Shown in pieces: positions 8,238-16,370 of a DNA stretch of 64,000 nt (within the stretch, counting starts at the first letter, position 1; each line of letters begins with the position of its first letter). Below the pieces are notes generated by a model. It made no database searches and was not told the origin of the DNA. It worked only from the letters and a program-made list of their open reading frames with translations. This DNA comes from an uncultured Prevotella sp. (GTDB taxonomy: Bacteria; Bacteroidota; Bacteroidia; Bacteroidales; Bacteroidaceae): positions 12,635 through 76,634 of the forward strand of contig CAJOHJ010000011.1 in NCBI GenBank assembly GCA_905234265.1, in the 5' to 3' direction. Both the position numbers and the translations under genes were made by a program.

Positions 8238-8738
8238 ATGACTACAGACATACTGAAGAGGGCGTTATGGTTCATAGGTCTCGTGCTGGCACAGGCAGTT
8301 GTGCTGGGGCGCATACATCTTTTCGGCTTTGCCACGCCGCTGCTTTATGTCTGGCTGGTGCTGCTTTTCCCGCGCAACTATCCCAAGTCAGGCATTCTCT
8401 TGTGGAGTTTCTGCCTGGGCCTTGCCGTCGACACCTTTTCCAACACGCAGGGACTGGCAGCGGCATCGCTGACGCTGATAGGCATCATTCAGCCCTATTT
8501 CTTCGAGATTTTTGTCCCGCGTGACTCAATAGACACGCTGAAGCCGGCCATCACCACCATAGGTCCGGTGAAATATTCCATTTATGTCAGTGTGCTTGTG
8601 CTGCTGTATTGCATAACATTCTACACCCTTGAGATGTTCAGCGGCGCCGACTGGCTGCTGTGGGTGAAGAGCGTTGTGGGCAGCACCCTGCTGACCCTTG
8701 CCTTTATATTTACCTTCGAGATAGTCAGAAGCAAGTAG
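8238..8738 (+). CDS. mreD: Rod shape-determining protein MreD
   Basis: 166-aa polytopic membrane protein in the conserved mreBCD-mrdA-rodA order. Confidence 0.75.
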   Translation: MTTDILKRALWFIGLVLAQAVVLGRIHLFGFATPLLYVWLVLLFPRNYPKSGILLWSFCLGLAVDTFSNTQGLAAASLTLIGIIQPYFFEIFVPRDSIDTLKPAITTIGPVKYSIYVSVLVLLYCITFYTLEMFSGADWLLWVKSVVGSTLLTLAFIFTFEIVRSK

Positions 8739-8744
8739 GAGCCG

Positions 8745-10598
8745 ATGGTAGACTATGAATATGGCAATCGCCGGTATGTTATCGGTGGCGTAGCGACGAT
8801 GATAGTCGTTGTCTACATCATTCGCCTGTTCATGTTGCAGATTACCAGCGACGACTATAAGAAGAGCGCCGACTCCAATGCCTTTCTCAGAAAGATAGAA
8901 TATCCATCGCGCGGTGCCATCAGCGACCGCAACGGCAAGCTGCTGGTGTTCAACCAGCCGGCCTACGACATCATGGTTGTGATGAACGAGGCCAAGGACC
9001 ACCTTGACACTCTTGAATTCTGCGAGGCTCTGAATATCAGCCGCGAAGAGTTCGACCACCGCATGGAAACCATCAAGGACCGCTCTAAGAACCCCGGATA
9101 TTCGCGTTTCACTCAGCAGCTGTTCATGAGCCAGCTGTCGGAGACCGACTTTTCCGTGTTTCAGGAGAAGATGTTCCGCTTCCGCGGCTTCTACGTCCAG
9201 CGTCGCACCATCCGCCAGTATGAGCATCCCTTTGCCGCCCACGTCCTTGGCGACGTCGCCGAGGTTTCGCCTGCCGACATTGAGGAAGACCCTTACTACC
9301 AGCCCGGCGACTACATCGGAAAGCTTGGCGTGGAGCGCAGCTATGAGCGGCAGCTCCGCGGCGAGAAGGGTATCCAGATTCTCCTCCGCGATGCCCACGG
9401 CCGTGTGCAGGGCCGCTATCAGAATGGCCGGCTTGACCGTCGCCCGGTAGCAGGAAAAAACCTTACCCTTGGCCTTGACGCCGACCTGCAGGCTCTTGGC
9501 GAGCGCCTGATGGAGGGAAAGATAGGCTCAATAGTAGCAATAGAGCCGAAGACCGGCGAAGTGCTTTGCATGGTGTCGTCGCCCAGCTACGACCCTCGCA
9601 TGATGGTTGGCCGCCAGCGCTCGAAGAGCCACCGCCTGCTCAGCCAGAACGTGTGGAAGCCGCTGCTCAACCGAAGCATCATGGGACAGTATCCGCCGGG
9701 TTCCACATTCAAGACCACCCAGGGGCTCACTTTCATGACCGAGGGCATCATCCACCCCACGCAGACGGCCTATCCCTGCCAGCACGGCTTCAACTACAAG
9801 GGCCTGCACGTAGGCTGCCACGGCCATGCTGCGCCGTTGCCGCTGGTTCCGGCACTGTCGACGTCGTGCAACGGCTACTTCTGCTGGGGACTCTACTACA
9901 TGATTGGCGCCAAGCAGAAATACGGCACCGTGCAGAAAGCCATGAACACGTGGCGCGACTACATGGTGTCGATGGGCTTCGGCTACAAGCTCGGCATCGA
10001 CCTTCCCGGCGAGAAGCGCGGCCTCATTCCCAATGCCGAGTTCTACGACAAGGCATACAAAGGCTCATGGAACGGCCTGACCATCATCTCCATTGCCATC
10101 GGACAGGGCGAGGTGAATGCCACTCCGTTGCAGATTGCCAACCTTGCGGCCACTATTTCCAACCGCGGCTGGTTCATCACTCCCCATGTGGTGAAGCGCA
10201 TACAGGGTGAGCAGATAGACACGCTCTACACCACGCGCCGCTACACCAAGGCAAGCCGCGAGGCCTACGACTACGTTGTCCAGGGCATGCGTGCGTCGGC
10301 CACCGGCGGCACATGCCATGAGCTGGCGCGCTATGACTTCATGGCCTGCGGCAAGACGGGTACTGCCCAGAACCGCGGCCACGACCACTCCGTATTCATG
10401 GGCTTCGCGCCGATGGACAACCCCAAGATTGCCGTCGCCGTCTATGTGGAGAACGGCGGATGGGGAGCCACCTACGGCGTACCCATAGGCGGACTGATAA
10501 TGGAACAGTATATCAACGGAAAGCTGTCAGAGGCTTCGCAGAAGAAGGCCGAAGACTTCCAAAACAGGCATATTTCCTATGGTTCGACAAGCAGATAA
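8745..10598 (+). CDS. mrdA: Penicillin-binding protein 2 (elongasome transpeptidase)
   Basis: SxxK (GSTFKT), SxN (SCNG) and KTG (GKTGTA) motifs, an N-terminal transmembrane anchor, and its genomic context. Confidence 0.92.
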   Translation: MVDYEYGNRRYVIGGVATMIVVVYIIRLFMLQITSDDYKKSADSNAFLRKIEYPSRGAISDRNGKLLVFNQPAYDIMVVMNEAKDHLDTLEFCEALNISREEFDHRMETIKDRSKNPGYSRFTQQLFMSQLSETDFSVFQEKMFRFRGFYVQRRTIRQYEHPFAAHVLGDVAEVSPADIEEDPYYQPGDYIGKLGVERSYERQLRGEKGIQILLRDAHGRVQGRYQNGRLDRRPVAGKNLTLGLDADLQALGERLMEGKIGSIVAIEPKTGEVLCMVSSPSYDPRMMVGRQRSKSHRLLSQNVWKPLLNRSIMGQYPPGSTFKTTQGLTFMTEGIIHPTQTAYPCQHGFNYKGLHVGCHGHAAPLPLVPALSTSCNGYFCWGLYYMIGAKQKYGTVQKAMNTWRDYMVSMGFGYKLGIDLPGEKRGLIPNAEFYDKAYKGSWNGLTIISIAIGQGEVNATPLQIANLAATISNRGWFITPHVVKRIQGEQIDTLYTTRRYTKASREAYDYVVQGMRASATGGTCHELARYDFMACGKTGTAQNRGHDHSVFMGFAPMDNPKIAVAVYVENGGWGATYGVPIGGLIMEQYINGKLSEASQKKAEDFQNRHISYGSTSR

Positions 10599-12042
10599 GC
10601 ATCAGAAAGGCGTCTTGCGCAGCATCGACTGGTGGACTATCGTCATCTACATAGCCCTCATCGTCTTCGGCTGGATAAGCGTCTGCGGCGCCAGCTATTC
10701 CTACGGCGAGACCGACATCTTCAGCCTGTCCACGCGCTCTGGCATGCAGATAGTATGGATAGGCACCAGCCTCCTGCTGGGCATGACGATACTGCTCTTG
10801 GACGACCGCTTCTACGACACCTTTGCCTACATCATCTATGGCTTGTTGCTGATACTCCTCTTTGCAACCATCTTCAACCCTCACAGCATCAAGGGCTCGC
10901 GCTCGTGGCTCGTCCTGGGGCCTCTGCGACTGCAGCCGGCGGAGTTTGCCAAGTTTGCCACTGCGCTGGCCTTGGCGAAGTTCATGTCGGCCTATGGCTA
11001 CAGCATCAACAACTGGAAGAACTTTGCGGCCACGCTGGCCATCATCCTGCTGCCGATGGTGTTCATCGTCTTGCAGCGCGAGACAGGCTCGGCACTGGTC
11101 TATCTGGCCTTCTTCCTGATGTTCTACCGCGAGGGCATGCCCGGCAGCATATTGTTCACGGGCGTGGCAATGGTGGTCTACTTCGTCGTGGGCATACGCT
11201 TTGCCGCGGTGCCGATAGGCGCGTCGGGGGCATTCGTGGGCAAGTTTGTGGTGCTGTTGCTGGTACAGCTGTTCTCAGAGGGCATGGTGTGGGTCTACTG
11301 CAACCGCCGGCTGGCCGTGCGCATGCTGCTCTACACCGTCGGCATCACCCTGCTGTCGCTGCTGTTGCTGCTCATTCCGCTGAACATCGTCTACGTGCAG
11401 GTGGCACTGCTGGTGGCCCTCATGGGATGGCTTGTCTGGGAGGGCCTTGGCTCGCGGCTGCGCGCATATTTCTTCATAGCTCTCTTTGCCGTGGGGTCTG
11501 TGGGCTTCTATTACGGTGCCGACTTCATAATGAACAATGTCATGGAGCCGCACCAGCGGTCGCGCATCAACGTGCTGCTGGGACTCGACGAAGACCTGCG
11601 CGGAGCCGGCTACAACGTCCACCAGTCGGAGATTGCCATCGGCTCCGGCGGCTTGGAGGGCAAGGGTTTCCTCAACGGCACGCAGACAAAGCTGAAGTTT
11701 GTGCCTGAACAGGACACCGACTTCATCTTCTGCACCGTGGGCGAAGAAGAGGGATTTCTGGGGTCAGCAGGCGTACTGCTGTTGTTCCTGGCATTGATTT
11801 TGCGACTCATCTACCTGTCGGAGCGACAACCGTTCCGCTTCGGGCGCGTCTACGGGTATTGCGTGCTGTCGATATTCCTGTTCCACGTATTTATTAATGT
11901 GGGAATGGTGCTTGGCCTTACGCCGGTAATAGGCATTCCGCTGCCGTTCTTCAGCTACGGCGGCTCGTCGCTGTGGGGCTTTACGTTCCTGCTGTTCATA
12001 TTCCTGCGCATCGACGCAGGCAGAAATCTTACGCGCGCATAG
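10579..12042 (+). CDS. rodA: Peptidoglycan glycosyltransferase RodA (SEDS family)
   Basis: Polytopic, with DTDFIFCTVGEEEGFLG and PLPFFSYGGSS motifs of the FtsW/RodA/SpoVE family. Overlaps the mrdA end by 20 nt. Confidence 0.92.
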   Translation: MVRQADKHQKGVLRSIDWWTIVIYIALIVFGWISVCGASYSYGETDIFSLSTRSGMQIVWIGTSLLLGMTILLLDDRFYDTFAYIIYGLLLILLFATIFNPHSIKGSRSWLVLGPLRLQPAEFAKFATALALAKFMSAYGYSINNWKNFAATLAIILLPMVFIVLQRETGSALVYLAFFLMFYREGMPGSILFTGVAMVVYFVVGIRFAAVPIGASGAFVGKFVVLLLVQLFSEGMVWVYCNRRLAVRMLLYTVGITLLSLLLLLIPLNIVYVQVALLVALMGWLVWEGLGSRLRAYFFIALFAVGSVGFYYGADFIMNNVMEPHQRSRINVLLGLDEDLRGAGYNVHQSEIAIGSGGLEGKGFLNGTQTKLKFVPEQDTDFIFCTVGEEEGFLGSAGVLLLFLALILRLIYLSERQPFRFGRVYGYCVLSIFLFHVFINVGMVLGLTPVIGIPLPFFSYGGSSLWGFTFLLFIFLRIDAGRNLTRA

Positions 12043-12070
12043 TCTTCTTCGGCAGTTTTGCGGCAGTCCC

Positions 12071-12206
12071 CGAAATTGTCTGTGTGAGTTACGGAATTAT
12101 CTGTGTGAGTTACGGAATTATCTCTGTGAGATAAAAAATTATCTCTGCATGTTACGGAATTATCTTACGAAGATAATTTTTTTTCTCTGCATGTTATTTT
12201 CGCGAC
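12071..12206 (-). repeat. 21-bp-phased repeat array, copy B (6 units, complement orientation GTTACGGAATTATCTC)
   Basis: Units at 12081, 12102 (identical to the first), 12123, 12144, 12165 and 12186. It fills the convergent rodA/gldH gap. Confidence 0.9.
12158..12184 (+). terminator. Terminator-like hairpin inside repeat copy B (for rodA)
   Basis: AATTATCTT-ACG-AAGATAATT followed by T6. The stem is AT-rich and therefore weak. Confidence 0.45.
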
Positions 12207-12682
12207 ATGCGCATTCCCACATTTATGATGCCCGGTAGGATTTCGCGCTTCATGTCGTGGTGGATGCTCACCGCAATGGAGTCTCCCTGCTCAGCGTCAA
12301 GGGTTCGCAGGGGGAAGAGATACTGATACTGGCTGATGCCGTCGCCCAGCATGTTGCCGTTGCTGTCCATCAGCTTGCAGTCCAGCCTGTCGTAGAGCGT
12401 TTCCACAGCTCTACCGGCAGCCTTGTGGAAGACCCGCTGCTCGACGATAATCGTCAGTGAGCGGAACGGATAGTCACGGCTGACGGTCAGGCCAACCTGC
12501 TGCTGGTAGCTGCCGCTGCCGGCCATCTGGCCGGTGCTGAATTCTACGGGGTCGTTCTTTTCCCACCCGGCAGAAGGCGTGTGCTCGTAGTGGTAGAAGA
12601 CGGTGTCCTTCAGACATCCGGTCAGCAGGCATGCTGCTGCCAGCGCCAGCACTGCGGCGAATAGCTTACTGTTGTGGAGCAT
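12194..12682 (-). CDS. gldH: GldH-like lipoprotein
   Basis: Lipoprotein signal MLHNSKLFAAVLALAAACLLTGC, about 160 aa, and the conserved Bacteroidota context holB-PSP1-gldH. Start chosen at the Met before the signal peptide; the ORF is open to 12736. Confidence 0.6.
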   Translation of the reverse strand: MLHNSKLFAAVLALAAACLLTGCLKDTVFYHYEHTPSAGWEKNDPVEFSTGQMAGSGSYQQQVGLTVSRDYPFRSLTIIVEQRVFHKAAGRAVETLYDRLDCKLMDSNGNMLGDGISQYQYLFPLRTLDAEQGDSIAVSIHHDMKREILPGIINVGMRMSRK

Positions 12683-13850
12683 CCCTGTGCGGTCGTTTCT
12701 TTGGAGCTGCCTGCTGTGGGGCGTTGCCTTCGGCACGTCTCGGCTCGTGGGCGCCTTCGGGCCTGCGTCTCTTCTTCTTGCGCTTTGACTTGTCGAAGCG
12801 GTTGATGTTCTCCTGCGTAGCCAGGTCGATGGGCCTGTCGTCGGCAGGCTGTCCGTTGCCGTCGCTGAGCGTCGGCGGTTTCTCGCCGCGGCGGTTCATG
12901 TCTATTATCTCCTTGGCTCTTTCGGCACTGATGGTCTCCAGGTTGGCAGCCATGTTCTTGTCGGTGGAGTAGGTGAGTGTGCCGGCCAGGATGTCGCTCT
13001 TGAAATGGAAGTAGTCGGCGTCGAGCGTCTGCAGCACGATGTCGCGCTGTGGCAGCTTGCGGCCGGCCTCGATGTAGTCGTCGACCTCATAGTTCAGGCA
13101 GCACTTCAGCTTGGCGCACATGCCGGCGAGTTTCTGAGGGTTGAGGGAAATGTCCTGGAAGCGGGCGGCGGCAGTGCCTACGCTGACGAAGTTCTTCATC
13201 CACGTGGCACAGCACAGTTCGCGGCCGCATGGGCCGGTGCCGCCGATGAGGCCGGCTTCCTGACGGGCGCCGATCTGCTTCATCTCTATGCGGACATGGA
13301 ACGTGGCCGCCAGGTCCTTGATGAGCTGGCGGAAGTCTACACGCTCGTCGGCAATATAGTAGAAGATGGCCTTGTTGCAGTCGCCCTGATACTCCACGTC
13401 GCCAATCTTCATCTTCAGTCCGAGGTTCTTGGCAATCTGGCGGCTTTCTATCATCGTGTCGTGCTCACGGCTCTTGGCCTCGCGGTATTTGTCCATGTCC
13501 GTCTGACGGGCAATGCGGTAGACGCGCCTGATGTCGTCGGCACTCTTCAGGTTGGCCTTCTTCATCTGCAGCAGTGCAAGGCGGCCGGTGAGGGTCACTA
13601 CGCCGATGTCGTGGCCGGGGTTGGCTTCGACGGCAACGATGTCGCCCTTCTGGAGAGGCAGGTTGTTGACATTGTGATAGTATCCCTTGCGGGTGTGCTT
13701 GAACTGCACTTCCACGAGGTCGGTGGTGTCGGTGTTGCCAGGCACGTCGGCAAGCCAGTCGTAGGTGTGCAGCTGGCGGTCCTGACGGCCGATGGCCTGC
13801 TTGCAGAGGCCGCGGTCGCAGCCAGTCTTTATTTCGTAGTCTTTAGTCAT
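12666..13850 (-). CDS. PSP1 domain protein (RicT/YaaT-like) with basic C-terminal tail
   Basis: Cys-rich PSP1 region GPCGRELCCATWMKNF...CAKLKCCLNYE. The tail reads KSKRKKKRRRPEG... Confidence 0.85.
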   Translation of the reverse strand: MTKDYEIKTGCDRGLCKQAIGRQDRQLHTYDWLADVPGNTDTTDLVEVQFKHTRKGYYHNVNNLPLQKGDIVAVEANPGHDIGVVTLTGRLALLQMKKANLKSADDIRRVYRIARQTDMDKYREAKSREHDTMIESRQIAKNLGLKMKIGDVEYQGDCNKAIFYYIADERVDFRQLIKDLAATFHVRIEMKQIGARQEAGLIGGTGPCGRELCCATWMKNFVSVGTAAARFQDISLNPQKLAGMCAKLKCCLNYEVDDYIEAGRKLPQRDIVLQTLDADYFHFKSDILAGTLTYSTDKNMAANLETISAERAKEIIDMNRRGEKPPTLSDGNGQPADDRPIDLATQENINRFDKSKRKKKRRRPEGAHEPRRAEGNAPQQAAPKKRPHRDAPQQ

Positions 13851-13967
13851 AATGCCTTTTGTGGGGTGTTATGGGATGTTGTGGGTTTTATGGGGTTTTG
13901 TTGGGGATGTTATGGGGTTGATGGGGTTGTTATGGGGTTTGTTGGGTTTGGGGGCGTTCTGGGGATG
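13851..13967 (-). repeat. 117-nt holB-PSP1 spacer, G-free on the sense strand, with AACCCCAT repeats
   Basis: Plus-strand ATGGGGTT occurs at 13890, 13912, 13921 and 13932, plus variants. There is no C on the plus strand from about 13857 to 13954. Confidence 0.85.
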
Positions 13968-15134
13968 CTATTGGGCATTCTTTATGAGAACGGTCATCTG
14001 CAGGGCCAGGTCGAAGAACACTATTCTTGCGTTTGCATTCTGCCCGATGTCCCTGATGGCCCTGTTCACCAGGTCGCTGATGGGAATGACGTTGCGCTCG
14101 TTCATGAAACGTGCGAAATTCCTGGCAAAGTCTTCTTCGCGCTCAGTCATGTAGCACAGTTCGGCCACACGGAAGTTGTACATGAAGTTCTCGCGGACCA
14201 TGCGCAGGAAGTATTCCAGAAATCTCTTCTGCTTCTCGCGGCCCATCTGCGCCATGCGCTCGCTCCAGGCCTTCAGGTCTCTGGTACGCTTGGCCCAGGC
14301 CATGCGCATCAGCGTCTGGAACATGTCGAGGAACAGCTCGCCCTCGTCGTCGGCACTGAGCAGCTTGAGAGCTGCCAGCCAGCTGCCGTTGGCCATGTGA
14401 GCCACGCGCTGGGCTGCCTCTGCGGAAAGGCCGCGCTTGGAAGTGAGGGCCGCCAGCATGTCGTCGGTGCCTATGCGCGGCACGTCTATTCTCTGCACGC
14501 GGCTTCTGATGGTCTCCAGCAGCTTCTCCGGCTCCTGGCATACCAGCAGGAAAACAGTCTGCGACGGTGGCTCCTCAAGGAGTTTCAGAATCTTGTTGGC
14601 GCATTCCAGATTCATGCGCTCCGGCAGCCACACAATGCTGACCTTGTAGCCTCCCTGGCTCGACTTCATCATCAGCTTGTGCGTCAGGCTGTCACTCTCG
14701 CCGACGGTGATGATGGCCTGCTGGTTCTCGCCGCCCATCTGCTCCAGCCATTCGTTCATCGTGAAATAATAGCCGCCCATCACCATCTCGTGCCACTCAT
14801 GGGCAAAGTCGTCGCTCGTGGGTTTGTAGTCGCTCTTCATCGATGGCAGCTTTATCGTAGGGTAGGAGAAGTGCAGGTCAGGGTGCTCCAGCTTGGCAAG
14901 CATGGCCTGCGTGTTCGACGATGGGGCTTGGGCGAGTGACGATGGCTGCTGGAGAAAGGACGTTGCCTGTCGGGAGCTGGAAGACAGCAGGAATTTTGCG
15001 AATTCTATCGCCAGGGCCATCTTGCCGACGCCCTGCGGACCGCAGAGCATGATGGCGTGGGGCAGACGACCCTCGTCGGCCATTTGCAGCAGTCGCTGCT
15101 TTGTGTTCTGTTGTCCTATAACCTGTTCGAACAT
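13968..15134 (-). CDS. holB: DNA polymerase III delta-prime subunit-like AAA+ protein
   Basis: N-terminus VIGQ...HAIMLCGPQGVGKMALA, the clamp-loader box ETIRSRVQ, and its context. Confidence 0.8.
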   Translation of the reverse strand: MFEQVIGQQNTKQRLLQMADEGRLPHAIMLCGPQGVGKMALAIEFAKFLLSSSSRQATSFLQQPSSLAQAPSSNTQAMLAKLEHPDLHFSYPTIKLPSMKSDYKPTSDDFAHEWHEMVMGGYYFTMNEWLEQMGGENQQAIITVGESDSLTHKLMMKSSQGGYKVSIVWLPERMNLECANKILKLLEEPPSQTVFLLVCQEPEKLLETIRSRVQRIDVPRIGTDDMLAALTSKRGLSAEAAQRVAHMANGSWLAALKLLSADDEGELFLDMFQTLMRMAWAKRTRDLKAWSERMAQMGREKQKRFLEYFLRMVRENFMYNFRVAELCYMTEREEDFARNFARFMNERNVIPISDLVNRAIRDIGQNANARIVFFDLALQMTVLIKNAQ

Positions 15135-15151
15135 CCTCTGTGCGAAAAATC

Positions 15152-15568
15152 CTATCTGTTGCTGAATGCCGTGGCGTAGGCGTACATCTGCCGGACCATT
15201 GCCAGCAGCCCGTTGCTGCGCGTGGGCGACAGATGCTCCTTAAGGCCGATCTTGTCGATGAAATACAGGTCGGCATCAAGTATTTCCTGCGGCGTATGTC
15301 CCGACAGCACGCGTATCAGCAGTGCCACGATACCCTTGACTATCAGTGCGTCGCTCTCGGCGCTGAACATCAGCTTGCCGTCCTCCATGTCGGCCTGCAG
15401 CCACACGCGGCTCTGGCAGCCATCGATGAGGTTCTGCTCCGTCTTGTACTTCTCGTCCAGCGGCTCCTGCTCGTTGCCGGTGTCGATGAGCAGCTGGTAT
15501 TTGTCCATCCAGTCGTCAAAACCGCTGAACTCTTCGATTATCTCGTCTTGTATCTCGTTGATTGTCAT
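15152..15568 (-). CDS. sufE: SufE family sulfur acceptor protein
   Basis: LIDGCQSRVWLQA active-site Cys context. Start chosen at MTINEIQDEI, downstream of the HEPN stop. Confidence 0.85.
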   Translation of the reverse strand: MTINEIQDEIIEEFSGFDDWMDKYQLLIDTGNEQEPLDEKYKTEQNLIDGCQSRVWLQADMEDGKLMFSAESDALIVKGIVALLIRVLSGHTPQEILDADLYFIDKIGLKEHLSPTRSNGLLAMVRQMYAYATAFSNR

Positions 15569-15581
15569 TTGCGAGTGTTCT

Positions 15582-15989
15582 TTATTTGCTACTTGTGGTA
15601 ATATGTTGCTTGATTTTGTCAATAAGCATGCGAGTCGGCGATAACTTCTGCATAACCTCTTCCTGCTGGATATCTATGGAACAGTTGTAGTCTCCGTCCT
15701 CACGCAGACTTTGCAGTTGCGAGTAAAGACGGCCCTCTTCAGAAGTGAAAATACCGGTTTTCACATAGAAGAGGCTGAATTTGCTGACTGCGCCACGATG
15801 TGTTCCAACGTCATGCTTGTCATTAATCAACAAAGCGCTTACAGCATGGAAGAGAGCATAGTACAAACGGTTTGCAGCCATGCTCCACAAGCCGTTTTTT
15901 AGCACAACGTCCATCTCGACTAACGTCTTGTCAGTCTTTTCCAATTCCAGTGCGACAATAACGCGCCTATCTTCTTCTCTAAGACTCAT
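15582..15989 (-). CDS. HEPN domain protein (putative toxin of an MNT-HEPN pair)
   Basis: Helical HEPN pattern NRLYYALFHAVSALL...LREDGDY. Overlaps the upstream MNT gene by 11 nt if it starts at MSLREED. Confidence 0.7.
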   Translation of the reverse strand: MSLREEDRRVIVALELEKTDKTLVEMDVVLKNGLWSMAANRLYYALFHAVSALLINDKHDVGTHRGAVSKFSLFYVKTGIFTSEEGRLYSQLQSLREDGDYNCSIDIQQEEVMQKLSPTRMLIDKIKQHITTSSK

Positions 15990-16302
15990 ATAGGATTTTT
16001 TTGTCTTCTTCAACGTTGTAATAGAACAGACTGTGTGGACCGTTGAACCATTGCTCCTTTGTGAAACTGCGGGCGCTTATGCTTTCGTTCATCGCCCATC
16101 CAGCCTCAATGAAAGGCCACGCATAGTTGTCCCAGTCAGAAAGCTCGCGTTGCGGCTTGTTCAGCAGGATAAGCAAGTCCCAGTCGGAATCTTCATTCCA
16201 GTCACCTCGCGCACGTGAGCCATATAGGTAGAGAGTGCTGCCCTTTGGCAACACTTTGGCGGCTACGGCCTTGATGCTCTCAATAACTTGTGCCTGTTCC
16301 AT
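15979..16302 (-). CDS. Minimal nucleotidyltransferase (MNT, putative antitoxin)
   Basis: LYGSRARGDWNEDSDWDLLIL is the GSxxxG...DxD polymerase-beta nucleotidyltransferase signature. Confidence 0.85.
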   Translation of the reverse strand: MEQAQVIESIKAVAAKVLPKGSTLYLYGSRARGDWNEDSDWDLLILLNKPQRELSDWDNYAWPFIEAGWAMNESISARSFTKEQWFNGPHSLFYYNVEEDKKILYES

Positions 16303-16322
16303 TTATTTATCGTTCTTGATTG

Positions 16323-16330
16323 CAAAGATA
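16323..16330 (-). promoter_or_regulatory. -7 box TATCTTTG dedicated to the MNT-HEPN cassette
   Basis: Plus strand CAAAGATA lies about 21 nt upstream of the MNT ATG. It is preceded on the sense strand by a small hairpin plus T-run after the U32 gene. Confidence 0.45.
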
Positions 16331-16370
16331 GCTAAAAAAAGATTAGGAACCCAATTCCTGGCGTGTTTTT

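Noticed and set aside
10632-11708. 358-aa alternative-frame ORF inside rodA (and 19344-20144 inside the PAP2 gene)
   Set aside because: These are same-strand out-of-frame ORFs that are rich in Arg, Ala, Gly and His. The annotated frames carry the SEDS and PAP2 motifs.
12071-12206. Possibility that the 21-bp arrays are CRISPR arrays
   Set aside because: The units are contiguous with no unique spacers. The unit length of 21 bp is too short, the orientation flips within arrays, and no cas genes are present.
13005-14939. 644-aa plus-strand ORF
   Set aside because: It is antisense to the PSP1 and holB genes, which carry family motifs. No motif is recognisable in it, so it is a shadow ORF.
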